Positions 1-8,154 of a stretch of DNA of 32,741 nucleotides are shown piece after piece; position 1 is the first letter of the stretch; the number at the start of each line of letters is the position of its first letter. Source of the stretch: an uncultured Candidatus Saccharibacteria bacterium (lineage in GTDB: Bacteria > Patescibacteriota > Minisyncoccia > Sungbacterales > HO2-52-23). The stretch is taken from NCBI GenBank assembly GCA_964357005.1, contig CAYHJX010000002.1, forward strand, positions 1-32,741. The letters run 5' to 3'. A model generated the notes under the pieces. The model worked only from the letters and a program-made list of their open reading frames with translations. It did no database searches and was not told where the DNA came from. The translations under genes were made by a program, and so were the position numbers.

Positions 1-592
1 GGCACTTTTTTTTGTAAATTGCGTTTTGATCGATAATAATATTTTTTTTGGAGGCCGCCCGGCATAAAAAATGAAAGACGGCCGCGGCTATGACGGCTAC
101 CAATGTGGCAAAAAGAACCACGCGCGAAGCAGGCGAGTAGGGAAAGGAATATGAAAAGAGGATAAGGGATGAAAAGGAGAAAAACAATACAAGAACGACC
201 ATATCAAGAAGGCGCACGACCATAAGCGACGCAACAGAATCAGCGCCCGATACGCCAAGTTTCCGTTTTGCCATATAAAGATAGGAGAGTTCGCCTGATC
301 GAAACGGCAATACGTTATTCCAAAAACTATGAATTGCCGTAATCTGAAAAAGCGATGACCCCGATATCCCTTTCCCGAGAAAAAATTTGAAACGAAAAGC
401 TTTCACAAGGATTGCGAGCGTATAAGAAAAAAATACCACTGGAACAAAAAACCACCTCATGGAAAAAGCAGAAAATGCGGATCCTGCCTCTCCCCTATAT
501 TGCCAGAAAAGGAAAAAAATACCGACAAAAAAAAGAGCAGATACGCCCGCGCGAAACAGAAACCGCGGCGAAAACATACGAAAGGGGCCCAT
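1..592 (-). CDS. Partial integral membrane protein (3' end cut by window edge), LPG_synthase_TM / UPF0104 'flippase-like' family
   Basis: Absent from the supplied ORF track because it has no stop inside the window. Hand translation of the minus strand from ATG at 592 is open to base 1: MGPFRMFSPRFLFRAGVSALFFVGIFFLFWQY...AFRFKFFLGKGISGSSLFQITAIHSFWNNVLPFRSGELSYLYMAKRKLGVSGADSVASLMVVRLLDMVVLVLFF... It has several hydrophobic helices and the N-x-x-L-P-x-R-x-G-E signature of this family. It starts 31 nt after the stop of the upstream same-strand gene. Confidence 0.55.
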   Translation of the reverse strand, partial: MGPFRMFSPRFLFRAGVSALFFVGIFFLFWQYRGEAGSAFSAFSMRWFFVPVVFFSYTLAILVKAFRFKFFLGKGISGSSLFQITAIHSFWNNVLPFRSGELSYLYMAKRKLGVSGADSVASLMVVRLLDMVVLVLFFSFSSLILFSYSFPYSPASRVVLFATLVAVIAAAVFHFLCRAASKKNIIIDQNAIYKKKC

Positions 593-623
593 TAGTTCTT
601 TTTCAACGAATACCGATAACCTA

Positions 624-1640
624 TCATTTTTCACATTGACTCTCTCTGCCGCCATGGCTAACAGAATATTCAGCGGCAGAAAGGATTGATACGACATGAG
701 TGCCGAATACTCCGTCTGTCCGATTATGTTCGGGGGATACGCGAATCGAATCCACGAAAGCAGTACATGCCGCCCGCAACGGCTCGTCATCATACGTCAT
801 GCCCATAAGCGGCATCCACGATCCGCCTTTTGAATCGCACACTCTCACGTTTCGCATGCCAAAACTTCCTTCATATTCAACGACCTTCTCCTCGCCCGCA
901 AGGGTGACACGCGCGGCTTTCTCAATCGGATTACCGCGATACGACCCACCCTTCCACCCAAGAATTACTTTTGCAATAATCCCGTCCTTGAAATGTAATT
1001 CGCCTTCTGCAACAGAGAGAATGCCGCCATCCAAATACGAAAGACCGTGCATAGAAATTGAGTCGGGATATATGCCGAGCAGAAAAAGACACGATGCGAC
1101 TGCATGGGGCCCCGAATCCCATAATACGTCCGGCCCCTGCGGTTTTGGGCGCGCGCCGAGCCACTCGAAGGACACGGACTGCATAGGACCCAGATCGCCT
1201 TTTTGCACCATTTCCCGAAGGGCGAGAAACACTCCATCATAACAAAACGTGTGGTCAACAAAGAGGACACGATTTTTTTCCCGCGCGTGCTCGGAAAGCT
1301 GATGCGCTTCCCCGCTCGTTACTGCAAGCGGCTTTTCAACAAATACATGCATGCCCGCATCGAGCGCCTGCCGGGCAAGATCATAATGAGAATTCGGCGG
1401 CGTCGCAATAATAACCGCATCAAGATGTTTTTTCGCATCGGAAAGGAGTTCAGTCATCGAACTCGCTGGTGGTTCCAAGATCGCATATTGCGCACTCACG
1501 GTTTCGGCCAACGCACGATTTGCATCACAAAGCCGCACCACCGAAACAGCCGGCAATCCGTGAAAGAGCGGAATGAGCCGCGGGCCCCAATATCCGAGAC
1601 CCACGATCCCTATCCGAAGTATATTGGTGCAACGCGTCAT
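624..1640 (-). CDS. Gfo/Idh/MocA family NAD(P)-dependent sugar oxidoreductase
   Basis: 338-aa ORF. It has an N-terminal Rossmann motif RIGIVGLGYWG, followed by AVIIATPPNSHYDLARQALDAGMHVFVEKPLA (the family E-K-P box). Its start overlaps the stop of the upstream GT2 gene as ATGA at 1637-1640. Confidence 0.85.
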   Translation of the reverse strand: MTRCTNILRIGIVGLGYWGPRLIPLFHGLPAVSVVRLCDANRALAETVSAQYAILEPPASSMTELLSDAKKHLDAVIIATPPNSHYDLARQALDAGMHVFVEKPLAVTSGEAHQLSEHAREKNRVLFVDHTFCYDGVFLALREMVQKGDLGPMQSVSFEWLGARPKPQGPDVLWDSGPHAVASCLFLLGIYPDSISMHGLSYLDGGILSVAEGELHFKDGIIAKVILGWKGGSYRGNPIEKAARVTLAGEEKVVEYEGSFGMRNVRVCDSKGGSWMPLMGMTYDDEPLRAACTAFVDSIRVSPEHNRTDGVFGTHVVSILSAAEYSVSHGGRESQCEK

Positions 1641-2653
1641 TGAAATTCCTTTATAGTAAAACGCGGGGATGCCGCCGCATCAGTATATCGAGATAGGTTC
1701 CATCGCACGCTCACGCACGCCATGAACACCGCAGAGCACCCCACCGATGCAAGAATCCAAAAAACACTTCCTGTGCAGCCGAGCGCGGCAAAAACAACGC
1801 ACAAGAGAAGAGAAAACACCATGAAAGCAGAAACAAGAGACTTCATCCGCTTCGGCCCTTGAAGGATGAACGGAAGTGCCACCAAATCATTCAAAACAAC
1901 AAATATCCGTTTTATTCCATAATGCGACGATCCATAGAGACGCGTACGATCAACCACTTCAACCTCGGCAAATTCATTACTCTTTACTCCGAATATAACC
2001 GGAGAGAAACGATTCATGCCTCCCGGCGGCACATATTTTCCTTCAAGGACTTCACGCCGGTATGCCTTCATTCCGCACCCGCAATCGTGGACCGCTACGC
2101 CGCTTATTTTCGAAATCAGGAAATTTGCGACGACAGAGGGAAGAATGCGATCAAAAAACCCTCCGACGCGCCGGCGACGCCACCCGCTTACGACCCGATA
2201 CCCCTCATCAAGTTTTCGCACCATGTCAGGAATGAATGCGGGATCGTTTTGAAAGTCCCCATCAGTTGTTACAACGATATTTCCCCGCGCTTTTGAAACA
2301 CCTGCAAGGAGCGCCCAGTTCTCTCCGACATTTTTTGTGAGATCACAGTAGTGGAATAAAGGATCACTGGTTCGCAGTTTTTTCAAAATATCAATTGTCT
2401 TGTCGCTTGAGGCGTCGTTGACGAAAATAATTTCGTACGGCTTCCCCATATTCCCCATCGCCTCCTTTAGCGCACGATAGAGCGGCTCTGCATTCCCTTC
2501 TTCATTATGCATAGGCGCGACAATAGAAATTTCCGGACTCACCCCGTTACTTCTAGGATGCCTCTGTCTTGCGGCATGGGAAGAACGGAGCTTTAAATCA
2601 GCTCCTTGGGAGATACCCTGTCCTTTGGGGCTGGAAGTAACGGGGTTCGCCAT
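1637..2653 (-). CDS. GT2 glycosyltransferase, ArnC/GtrB/Dpm1-like polyprenyl-phosphate sugar synthase architecture
   Basis: 338-aa ORF. The GT-A core reads ISIVAPMHNEEGN..IIFVNDASSDKT..VVTTDGDFQNDP. Two C-terminal hydrophobic helices follow (LVSAFMVFSLLLCVVFAALG, FWILASVGCSAVFMACV). ATG at 2653 lies 9 nt after the DegT stop. Confidence 0.8.
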   Translation of the reverse strand: MANPVTSSPKGQGISQGADLKLRSSHAARQRHPRSNGVSPEISIVAPMHNEEGNAEPLYRALKEAMGNMGKPYEIIFVNDASSDKTIDILKKLRTSDPLFHYCDLTKNVGENWALLAGVSKARGNIVVTTDGDFQNDPAFIPDMVRKLDEGYRVVSGWRRRRVGGFFDRILPSVVANFLISKISGVAVHDCGCGMKAYRREVLEGKYVPPGGMNRFSPVIFGVKSNEFAEVEVVDRTRLYGSSHYGIKRIFVVLNDLVALPFILQGPKRMKSLVSAFMVFSLLLCVVFAALGCTGSVFWILASVGCSAVFMACVSVRWNLSRYTDAAASPRFTIKEFQ

Positions 2654-2662
2654 TGAGAAAAA

Positions 2663-3769
2663 TTATTTTCCAAAAAAAGACCGTACCGACTTGATTACGA
2701 ACCCTATTTCCTCGTTCGTCAATTCAGCAAACATCGGAAGGGCAAGATTCTCGCGCGCATACTGTTCCGCGCGGGGAAATGATCCTTGGGGGAATCCCGC
2801 ACGCTTCCATGCCTCCTGTTCGTGAAGCGCGTCAAGATAATAGATACCCGTATCAACTCCTTGATCCTTAAGATACGCTTGGAGTTCATCTCGACGTTTC
2901 GTGCGGATAATGGCTTGGTGGAACACCGGAACCCGACGAGGAGCATCAGGCATAAAGGAAATTGGAAGATCGGCGAGCTCGTTCCGGTAGCGCGCGTATA
3001 TATTCCTCCTTCGGGCGTTTCGTTCACCAAGGGTGCGTAATCCAATTCGGAGATATGCGGCATGCACTTCATCAAGACGGCTGTTTGTGCCGTACATTGT
3101 ATGCTTATATTTTTTTACTTGACCGTGAACCGGCAAAAATTTCACTTTCTCAAACAGTTCTTCACTCGCGGTCACAATACAACCCGCGTCTCCGATTGTG
3201 GATAAATTTTTTACTGGGCCGAGACTAAACGCATTGATTGCGCCGAATGTTCCCACCTTCTTCCCTTTGTATTCTGCCCCTTGCGCTTGAGATGCATCTT
3301 CGATAAAAGGAATACCTCGTGCGTCCGCAATTCGCCGTATCCCGTCGATATCACACGGCGCACCCAACAGATGCACAATAAGGATAGCTTTTGTCCGATT
3401 GGTGATCGCGCGCTCAAAACCCTCGAGGTCCGGCCCGTAATCCGTTTGAGACATGTCAACGAGTACCGGAGTTGCGCCAAGAGCGATGATTGGTTCGATA
3501 TCGGCGATAAACGCATTCGCATGCGTGATTATTTCGTCACCCGGCCCGACTCCCAGAGCCCGGAGACAAAGCCAGAACGCATCTGTCCCTGACGCAACAC
3601 CAAGAACATGCGATACGCCGAGGTAACGCGCAAACTCGTCTTCAAACCCTTGTTTATGAGGCCCGTTAAGAATTTTTCCGGAAAGCGCTATCTCTCGAAC
3701 AACCAGTATCCACTCATCCACTATCGTTCGTATGTAGCGCGTAAGATCTAATTGAGGAATTTTTGCCAT
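2663..3769 (-). CDS. DegT/DnrJ/EryC1/StrS family PLP-dependent sugar aminotransferase
   Basis: 368-aa ORF. Motifs: GVASGTDAFWLCLRALGVGPGDEIITHANAFIA, DASQAQGAEY, and FSLGPVKNLSTIGDAGCIV, where the PLP lysine is retained. That retained lysine marks it as an aminotransferase rather than an RfbH/E1-type dehydrase. Confidence 0.88.
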   Translation of the reverse strand: MAKIPQLDLTRYIRTIVDEWILVVREIALSGKILNGPHKQGFEDEFARYLGVSHVLGVASGTDAFWLCLRALGVGPGDEIITHANAFIADIEPIIALGATPVLVDMSQTDYGPDLEGFERAITNRTKAILIVHLLGAPCDIDGIRRIADARGIPFIEDASQAQGAEYKGKKVGTFGAINAFSLGPVKNLSTIGDAGCIVTASEELFEKVKFLPVHGQVKKYKHTMYGTNSRLDEVHAAYLRIGLRTLGERNARRRNIYARYRNELADLPISFMPDAPRRVPVFHQAIIRTKRRDELQAYLKDQGVDTGIYYLDALHEQEAWKRAGFPQGSFPRAEQYARENLALPMFAELTNEEIGFVIKSVRSFFGK

Positions 3770-3774
3770 AATTA

Positions 3775-3803
3775 TTGCAAAACAACCATCTATCTGTTAT
3801 TAT
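3775..3803 (+). promoter_or_regulatory. Candidate sigma70-type promoter for the methyltransferase / GT-C operon
   Basis: TTGCAA (3775-3780), 17-nt spacer, TATTAT (3798-3803). It sits 30 nt upstream of ATG 3834, inside the 64-bp divergent intergenic region. Confidence 0.4.
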
Positions 3804-3833
3804 CTATAACACAACAAAAAAGAAACGAGTAAC

Positions 3834-4460
3834 ATGGATTTTCTTTCCTTCCTTAAAAATCTGCCGCTCATCGACCTCGGCACGGGACACAAACGTCATT
3901 CGACAAAGAGTAAGCTCATCGGATACCGCCACGCGGCGGCATTTGCCTCTTCCGGAAAGACCGCGCTCGACATGGGTTGCGGAGACGGATTCTGGTCCGG
4001 CCGTCTCGCGAGCGCCGGATACGCCGTGACGTCGATCGACCTTGAAAAAAATTATCCGGCCGCAATAGCGGTCAACCTCGAAAACGGCCTTCCGTTTCCC
4101 GACAGATCATTTGACCTTGTATGGTCAACGGATGTTCTCGAGCACCTTCATACGCCTGTGCGCGCGGTCGCGGAAATCAAGCGCGTGCTCAAACCCGGCG
4201 GGCTCCTTACGCTCACAACCCCAAATTCGCACTTCTGGCTCTATCCCGTATTTCGGCTTTTCGGCTATACTCCAAACGATCTCCAAAATCAGGACCACAA
4301 ACAATTTTTTCATATCGATGACATAAAAAAACTTTTTCCGAGATCGCTTCTTTTTGGATTTTTCCCGTACGCAATCGCAAAATTCACAATTCGCCATCCA
4401 AAAGCCATTCACCATCTTTCCCCGACATTCGTAGTTGTTGCCGCAAGAGAGAATCTATGA
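3834..4460 (+). CDS. Class I SAM-dependent methyltransferase (Methyltransf_11-like)
   Basis: 208-aa ORF. SAM motif I is ALDMGCGDGFWSGRLA. It also has DLVWSTDVLEHL and KRVLKPGGLLTLTTPN. ATGA overlap with the next gene at 4457-4460. Confidence 0.75.
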   Translation: MDFLSFLKNLPLIDLGTGHKRHSTKSKLIGYRHAAAFASSGKTALDMGCGDGFWSGRLASAGYAVTSIDLEKNYPAAIAVNLENGLPFPDRSFDLVWSTDVLEHLHTPVRAVAEIKRVLKPGGLLTLTTPNSHFWLYPVFRLFGYTPNDLQNQDHKQFFHIDDIKKLFPRSLLFGFFPYAIAKFTIRHPKAIHHLSPTFVVVAARENL

Positions 4461-5905
4461 TCCCCAACTCAATAAAATATATCGTCGTCGGCGCAGTATG
4501 TGCGCGGCTTCTCCTGCTCGCAGGAATCCTCACTCATTCAGGAACCGAAGGCGTTTTTTTGCCTGATTCGCGCGGATTTTATCAAACCGCGGTAAACATC
4601 ACCGCGGGACACGGATTCTCGAGGGACGTAACGGCGCCGTTTCTTCCGAGCGCCCATTTTCCCCCGCTCTATCCGTTGCTTATTGCGGGATCGCTTACTC
4701 TCACCGGCTCAATACTCCCACTTATTATTCTACAAATAGTCCTTTCTTCGTTTATTCCCCTCATCATCTGGCGAATCGGCACGCTATTCACCGAGCGGCG
4801 AGCGCCTCCGCTTATCGCCGCCACTCTCTCTGCGTTTGAACCACTCATGATGCTTTGGAGCGTGGTACTACTTACCGACGTTCTGGCAACATTTCTCCTC
4901 CTTGCCGCGGTTCTTTTCTTCTGCCAATTCCTTACATCGCGTGCTATCCGGCATACGGCACTATCGGGACTGGTTCTTGGTGCTGCGGCGCTTACGCGTC
5001 CTGACGGCCAATTTCTTTTTCTTATTGCGACCGCCTATTTTCTTTCCGCACTACTCTACACACTGGCAAAAAAAACAAAAGAAGTATCCCTATGGCACGC
5101 GGGCAACCCAATTATTATCTCCGGCATTCTTTTTATCATTAGTTTTTATCTTGCGACCTCGCCCTGGCTTATCAGAAATTGGATACAATTCAAAACCACG
5201 AATGTTGCAACAACGGGCCTGCGGAATGTCTACGTGACGCTTGCGCCGGCTGTCATGTCCTTGAAGACCGGACGAACGTACGACGAAGAAACCAACATAC
5301 TGATTACGCGATTTTCCGAAACATACCATGTCGAGAAAAAAGAAATGTATGAAAATCCTGCCTACGGAAATCTTCTCGTCAAAGAAGGACTCGCGATACT
5401 CTTTAAGAACCCGAAAGAAACCACGGAAGTGTTTCTTATAAACATCAATGCGTTTTTTACCCAAGACCTTTACACCACGTACCTCCGGCATTTTGGCGTG
5501 ATCCCGCGATTTCCCTTTGATTTCTCGCCATCAGTGGTATTGCTCAAAGAGGGGCCGATCGTCCTTTGGCATATGATAGGGGATCAGATGGGACTCTATG
5601 CAATTATTCCCATTCTCGGACGGCTTCTGTGGATGGGTTTTACGATCCTTGGACTTTTCGGCGCGTACTCGGCACTGCGAAATCAAAAAGAACGAGCCAT
5701 TGGATTCGCACTGCTCTTCGTAATCGCTTATTTTGCGGCGTCAAGCATGGCCGCGGGATTTTCGGACTATGGACGGCACCGCTATCCGGCAAACGCTTTT
5801 ATCTTTCTTTTCGCGGGATATGGAATAGCGATCGTCGCCGACAAGATGAAAAGGAAACAGGAAAAACTATCAGAGAACATCACGCCGTTTTCACGTGCTC
5901 GATAA
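4457..5905 (+). CDS. Polytopic membrane glycosyltransferase, GT-C fold (ArnT / PMT_2 / GT39-like)
   Basis: 482-aa ORF with more than 10 hydrophobic helices. The first loop, FLPDSRGFYQTAVNITAGHGFSRD, resembles the acidic-residue loop of ArnT/PMT-type enzymes. The gene is co-transcribed with a methyltransferase and lies opposite an ArnC-like GT2 operon. Confidence 0.55.
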   Translation: MIPNSIKYIVVGAVCARLLLLAGILTHSGTEGVFLPDSRGFYQTAVNITAGHGFSRDVTAPFLPSAHFPPLYPLLIAGSLTLTGSILPLIILQIVLSSFIPLIIWRIGTLFTERRAPPLIAATLSAFEPLMMLWSVVLLTDVLATFLLLAAVLFFCQFLTSRAIRHTALSGLVLGAAALTRPDGQFLFLIATAYFLSALLYTLAKKTKEVSLWHAGNPIIISGILFIISFYLATSPWLIRNWIQFKTTNVATTGLRNVYVTLAPAVMSLKTGRTYDEETNILITRFSETYHVEKKEMYENPAYGNLLVKEGLAILFKNPKETTEVFLININAFFTQDLYTTYLRHFGVIPRFPFDFSPSVVLLKEGPIVLWHMIGDQMGLYAIIPILGRLLWMGFTILGLFGAYSALRNQKERAIGFALLFVIAYFAASSMAAGFSDYGRHRYPANAFIFLFAGYGIAIVADKMKRKQEKLSENITPFSRAR

Positions 5906-7784
5906 TGCGCTTTGCAAGCGAGTGAAAATCAAGCCCGTGCGCCGCAATCACCTCACTATTATGCCCGCACTTGGGGATCTCTTCTATTCCAAAAGAAACA
6001 ATGCGAGAATGGGACGGAAATGCTTTTGCGAGCGCGCCTGCAATCTGCACCCCTTGTCCGAGCGCCACATAATGGTCATCCAATGTGATAATTAGAGGAT
6101 GTGAAGCTGCTATATCCGAAAGCCATTTCTGATCAATCCGGTTGAGCCAGGGAAAATTTACAACTGCAACAGATACTTTTTCTTCCTCAAGAAGTTTTGC
6201 GGCTTTTAGAGCTTCAGTCGTCATAACCGGTCCATAACAAATTATAACTGCGTCTTTTCCTTTTTTTAAAAACGTTCCTTTTCCCAGCTCGAGTTCGTAA
6301 TCCTCCGGCAGAAAAAACGGGCATTCGTTTTGAATACTCACAAACCGGATATATGTTGAATCCGGATTTTTTTCAATTGCCCACCGTATTGCCATGCGAG
6401 CTTCTTTTTCGTTTGCGGGCTGGATAAGCGTAAGACCGGGAATAGATCCTAAAACCGATATGCCCCTGACTGACTGATGCGAATGACCGGGCATGCCCGG
6501 CAAAAGTCCAGCAAGCGAACCCACATACACAATTTTTGTTTTCTCGGTTGCGTTATTGTAAATATGCTCGTTTGCGCGCGTTGTTAGGAAACATTCAAAT
6601 GAATGAACAACCGGAATCATCCCTTGAAGCGCGAGTCCGCCCGCCATTGAAACCATATCTTGTTCCGCAATGCCGCATTCGATATAACGCTCGGGAAATT
6701 CTTTCTTAAACTGCAATAACCCCGTATCAAGAACAAGATCCGCATCCATCGCGACAACATTTGTATGTTCTTTCGCGATTTGTACGAGCTCATCCGCGTA
6801 TGCGGGAATAAGGCGCTCCCAATTTTGGCCGAGTGAAGAGACCGGCATTTCGGTTAATTCATATTCGAGTTCTTTTTGGCCAAGATCGCGGAGCTTCTCG
6901 TCTATGCGGTCAGAAATTTCCTTGACCGCCGATTGAAATTGTTCATAGGTCGGGGCGCCGGAATGGAATTTATAGAGGCCGTCATCGGCAAGCCGCGTCA
7001 TGAACGAAACGCCGGCGCCTTTCAGCGTATCCGCTATAACCACCTGTGGTCGGTCTGTGATGCTTTTTGCCCAATCAATCGCTTTTTTAATCTCCTGCAT
7101 GTCGTTCCCGTTTATCCGCATAACTTCCCAGCCAAATGCTTTAAATTTCTTTTCGATTTCGCCGAGATCAGACGTATCTTTCACATAGACATCTGATTGA
7201 ATTTTGTTGTGATCGACGATCACGGTAATCTCCGAAAACTTTCCGTTCACTGTTGGTTGGAGTGACTCCCAAATCTGCCCTTCCTGAAGTTCTCCGTCGC
7301 CAGTCAATACATAGATTCTTCCGGTTTTCCCTTGAAGCCGCTTTCCTTGTGCCATACCCCGCGCTTTTGAAATCCCCATTCCAAGAGATCCCGTATTCGT
7401 CACTAAATACGGGATCGAACGGTCCGGATGCCCCGGGAGACCTCCGAGACGGCGCAGTTTTTGCATCATATCAAACGGCAGCTTCCCGAGTCCAATTAAA
7501 ATCGCATAGAGCGCAGGCACGTCGTGGCCTTTTGAAGAAAAATAAATATCACCCGGATCCGCATGCTCTTCATTCGGATTCCGCATTTCTTCCGTCCAGA
7601 GCCATGTTGCAATATCCATACAACTCAACGTCGTCCCCGGGTGGCCCGAACCGGTATGCCGAATCATGAAAAGAGCGTTTATGCGAAACATATCCGCAAG
7701 AATCTCTGCACGCAAAAACGCATCCGAAACCGATTTCCGAACTCGTTCAATTTCCTTAAGCGGTACAAAATGAAGAGAAGGCAT
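5880..7784 (-). CDS. tkt: Transketolase, single-chain fusion of the N-terminal (TPP) and C-terminal (Pyr + C) halves
   Basis: Motifs: HTGSGHPGTTLSCMDI, FSSKGHDVPALYAIL, GHPDRS..TNTGSLGMGISKARGMA, VLTGDGELQEGQIWESL (TPP motif). The second half reads ECGIAEQDMVSMAGGLA..GHSHQS. I trimmed the track ORF (to 8006) back to ATG 7784 (MPSLHFVPLKEIE...). The 74 upstream residues are not protein-like, and an AGGAAG lies upstream of 7784. Confidence 0.85.
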   Translation of the reverse strand: MPSLHFVPLKEIERVRKSVSDAFLRAEILADMFRINALFMIRHTGSGHPGTTLSCMDIATWLWTEEMRNPNEEHADPGDIYFSSKGHDVPALYAILIGLGKLPFDMMQKLRRLGGLPGHPDRSIPYLVTNTGSLGMGISKARGMAQGKRLQGKTGRIYVLTGDGELQEGQIWESLQPTVNGKFSEITVIVDHNKIQSDVYVKDTSDLGEIEKKFKAFGWEVMRINGNDMQEIKKAIDWAKSITDRPQVVIADTLKGAGVSFMTRLADDGLYKFHSGAPTYEQFQSAVKEISDRIDEKLRDLGQKELEYELTEMPVSSLGQNWERLIPAYADELVQIAKEHTNVVAMDADLVLDTGLLQFKKEFPERYIECGIAEQDMVSMAGGLALQGMIPVVHSFECFLTTRANEHIYNNATEKTKIVYVGSLAGLLPGMPGHSHQSVRGISVLGSIPGLTLIQPANEKEARMAIRWAIEKNPDSTYIRFVSIQNECPFFLPEDYELELGKGTFLKKGKDAVIICYGPVMTTEALKAAKLLEEEKVSVAVVNFPWLNRIDQKWLSDIAASHPLIITLDDHYVALGQGVQIAGALAKAFPSHSRIVSFGIEEIPKCGHNSEVIAAHGLDFHSLAKRIIEHVKTA

Positions 7785-8054
7785 AGTGCAAGCACTTCCT
7801 ATAACAAAACAGGGCAGGTGATAGTTTCGATGAATGAGGATTCTTAACCAAAAAATGTGCTCAAGAATATACCTACAAGCATAAGGGAAACTGCGAAAAG
7901 TTTTTTCGCGATACGCTTTTCCGCAAGAATGCCGCCGCTTAAAAGGACTGCCCACAAAACTATATATGTGACGGATCATAATAAAAAACATTTTATAATC
8001 CTGCATGAATTATAACAAACGTTCTCTAACTGAAATAAACCCTACCATCTTATT

Positions 8055-8083
8055 TACGCTAAAGAAATATGCGATTTAGCGTA
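8055..8083. promoter_or_regulatory. Perfect 9-bp inverted repeat (possible operator) abutting the promoter -35
   Basis: TACGCTAAA (8055-8063), 11-nt spacer, TTTAGCGTA (8075-8083). It ends 7 nt upstream of the TTGACC -35 box. Confidence 0.3.
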
Positions 8084-8090
8084 CCAAAAC

Positions 8091-8119
8091 TTGACCTAAT
8101 TTTTAAATTATGTCATAAT
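8091..8119 (+). promoter_or_regulatory. Candidate sigma70-type promoter for the DMT transporter gene
   Basis: TTGACC (8091-8096), 17-nt spacer, CATAAT (8114-8119). A GGGAGGA Shine-Dalgarno follows at 8141-8147, 7 nt before ATG 8155. Confidence 0.5.
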
Positions 8120-8154
8120 CGATAAAGTTTTTTATCATCCGGGAGGAACAGGCA

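Noticed and set aside
412-689. Two overlapping + strand ORFs (75 and 76 aa) rich in K, R and E.
   Set aside because: Their composition is low-complexity and not protein-like. They lie antisense to a well-behaved minus-strand membrane-protein frame (1..592). Their poly-A/purine runs are simply the complement of Phe/Leu-rich codons.
2663-3769. The DegT-family gene as RfbH/E1 (CDP-4-keto-6-deoxyglucose 3-dehydrase), which would complete a 3,6-dideoxyhexose pathway with rfbF/rfbG.
   Set aside because: It retains the PLP-binding lysine (GPVKNLS), whereas E1 has His at that position. At 368 aa it is shorter than E1 and lacks a Cys cluster for an Fe-S centre. It lies 11 kb away in a different operon, and no E3 reductase is present.
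5880-7784. DXS (1-deoxy-D-xylulose-5-phosphate synthase) instead of transketolase, given the length of about 630 aa.
   Set aside because: The N-terminal motifs (SGHPGTTLS, SKGHDVPALYA, GHPDRS) are of the transketolase type. They do not match the DXS pattern (GH..S.LG.VEL, DVGHQ.Y.HK.LTGR) as I remember it.
7785-8006. 74-residue N-terminal extension of the transketolase ORF (track start 8006).
   Set aside because: The extension (MQDYKMFFIMIRHIYSFVGSPFKRRHSCGK...) has no resemblance to transketolase N-termini. The conserved domain begins shortly after the internal ATG at 7784, which has an AGGAAG upstream.
7785-8006. TPP riboswitch in the long transketolase leader.
   Set aside because: The conserved CUGAGA / ACCUGA-type core elements are not visible on the minus strand of this region.
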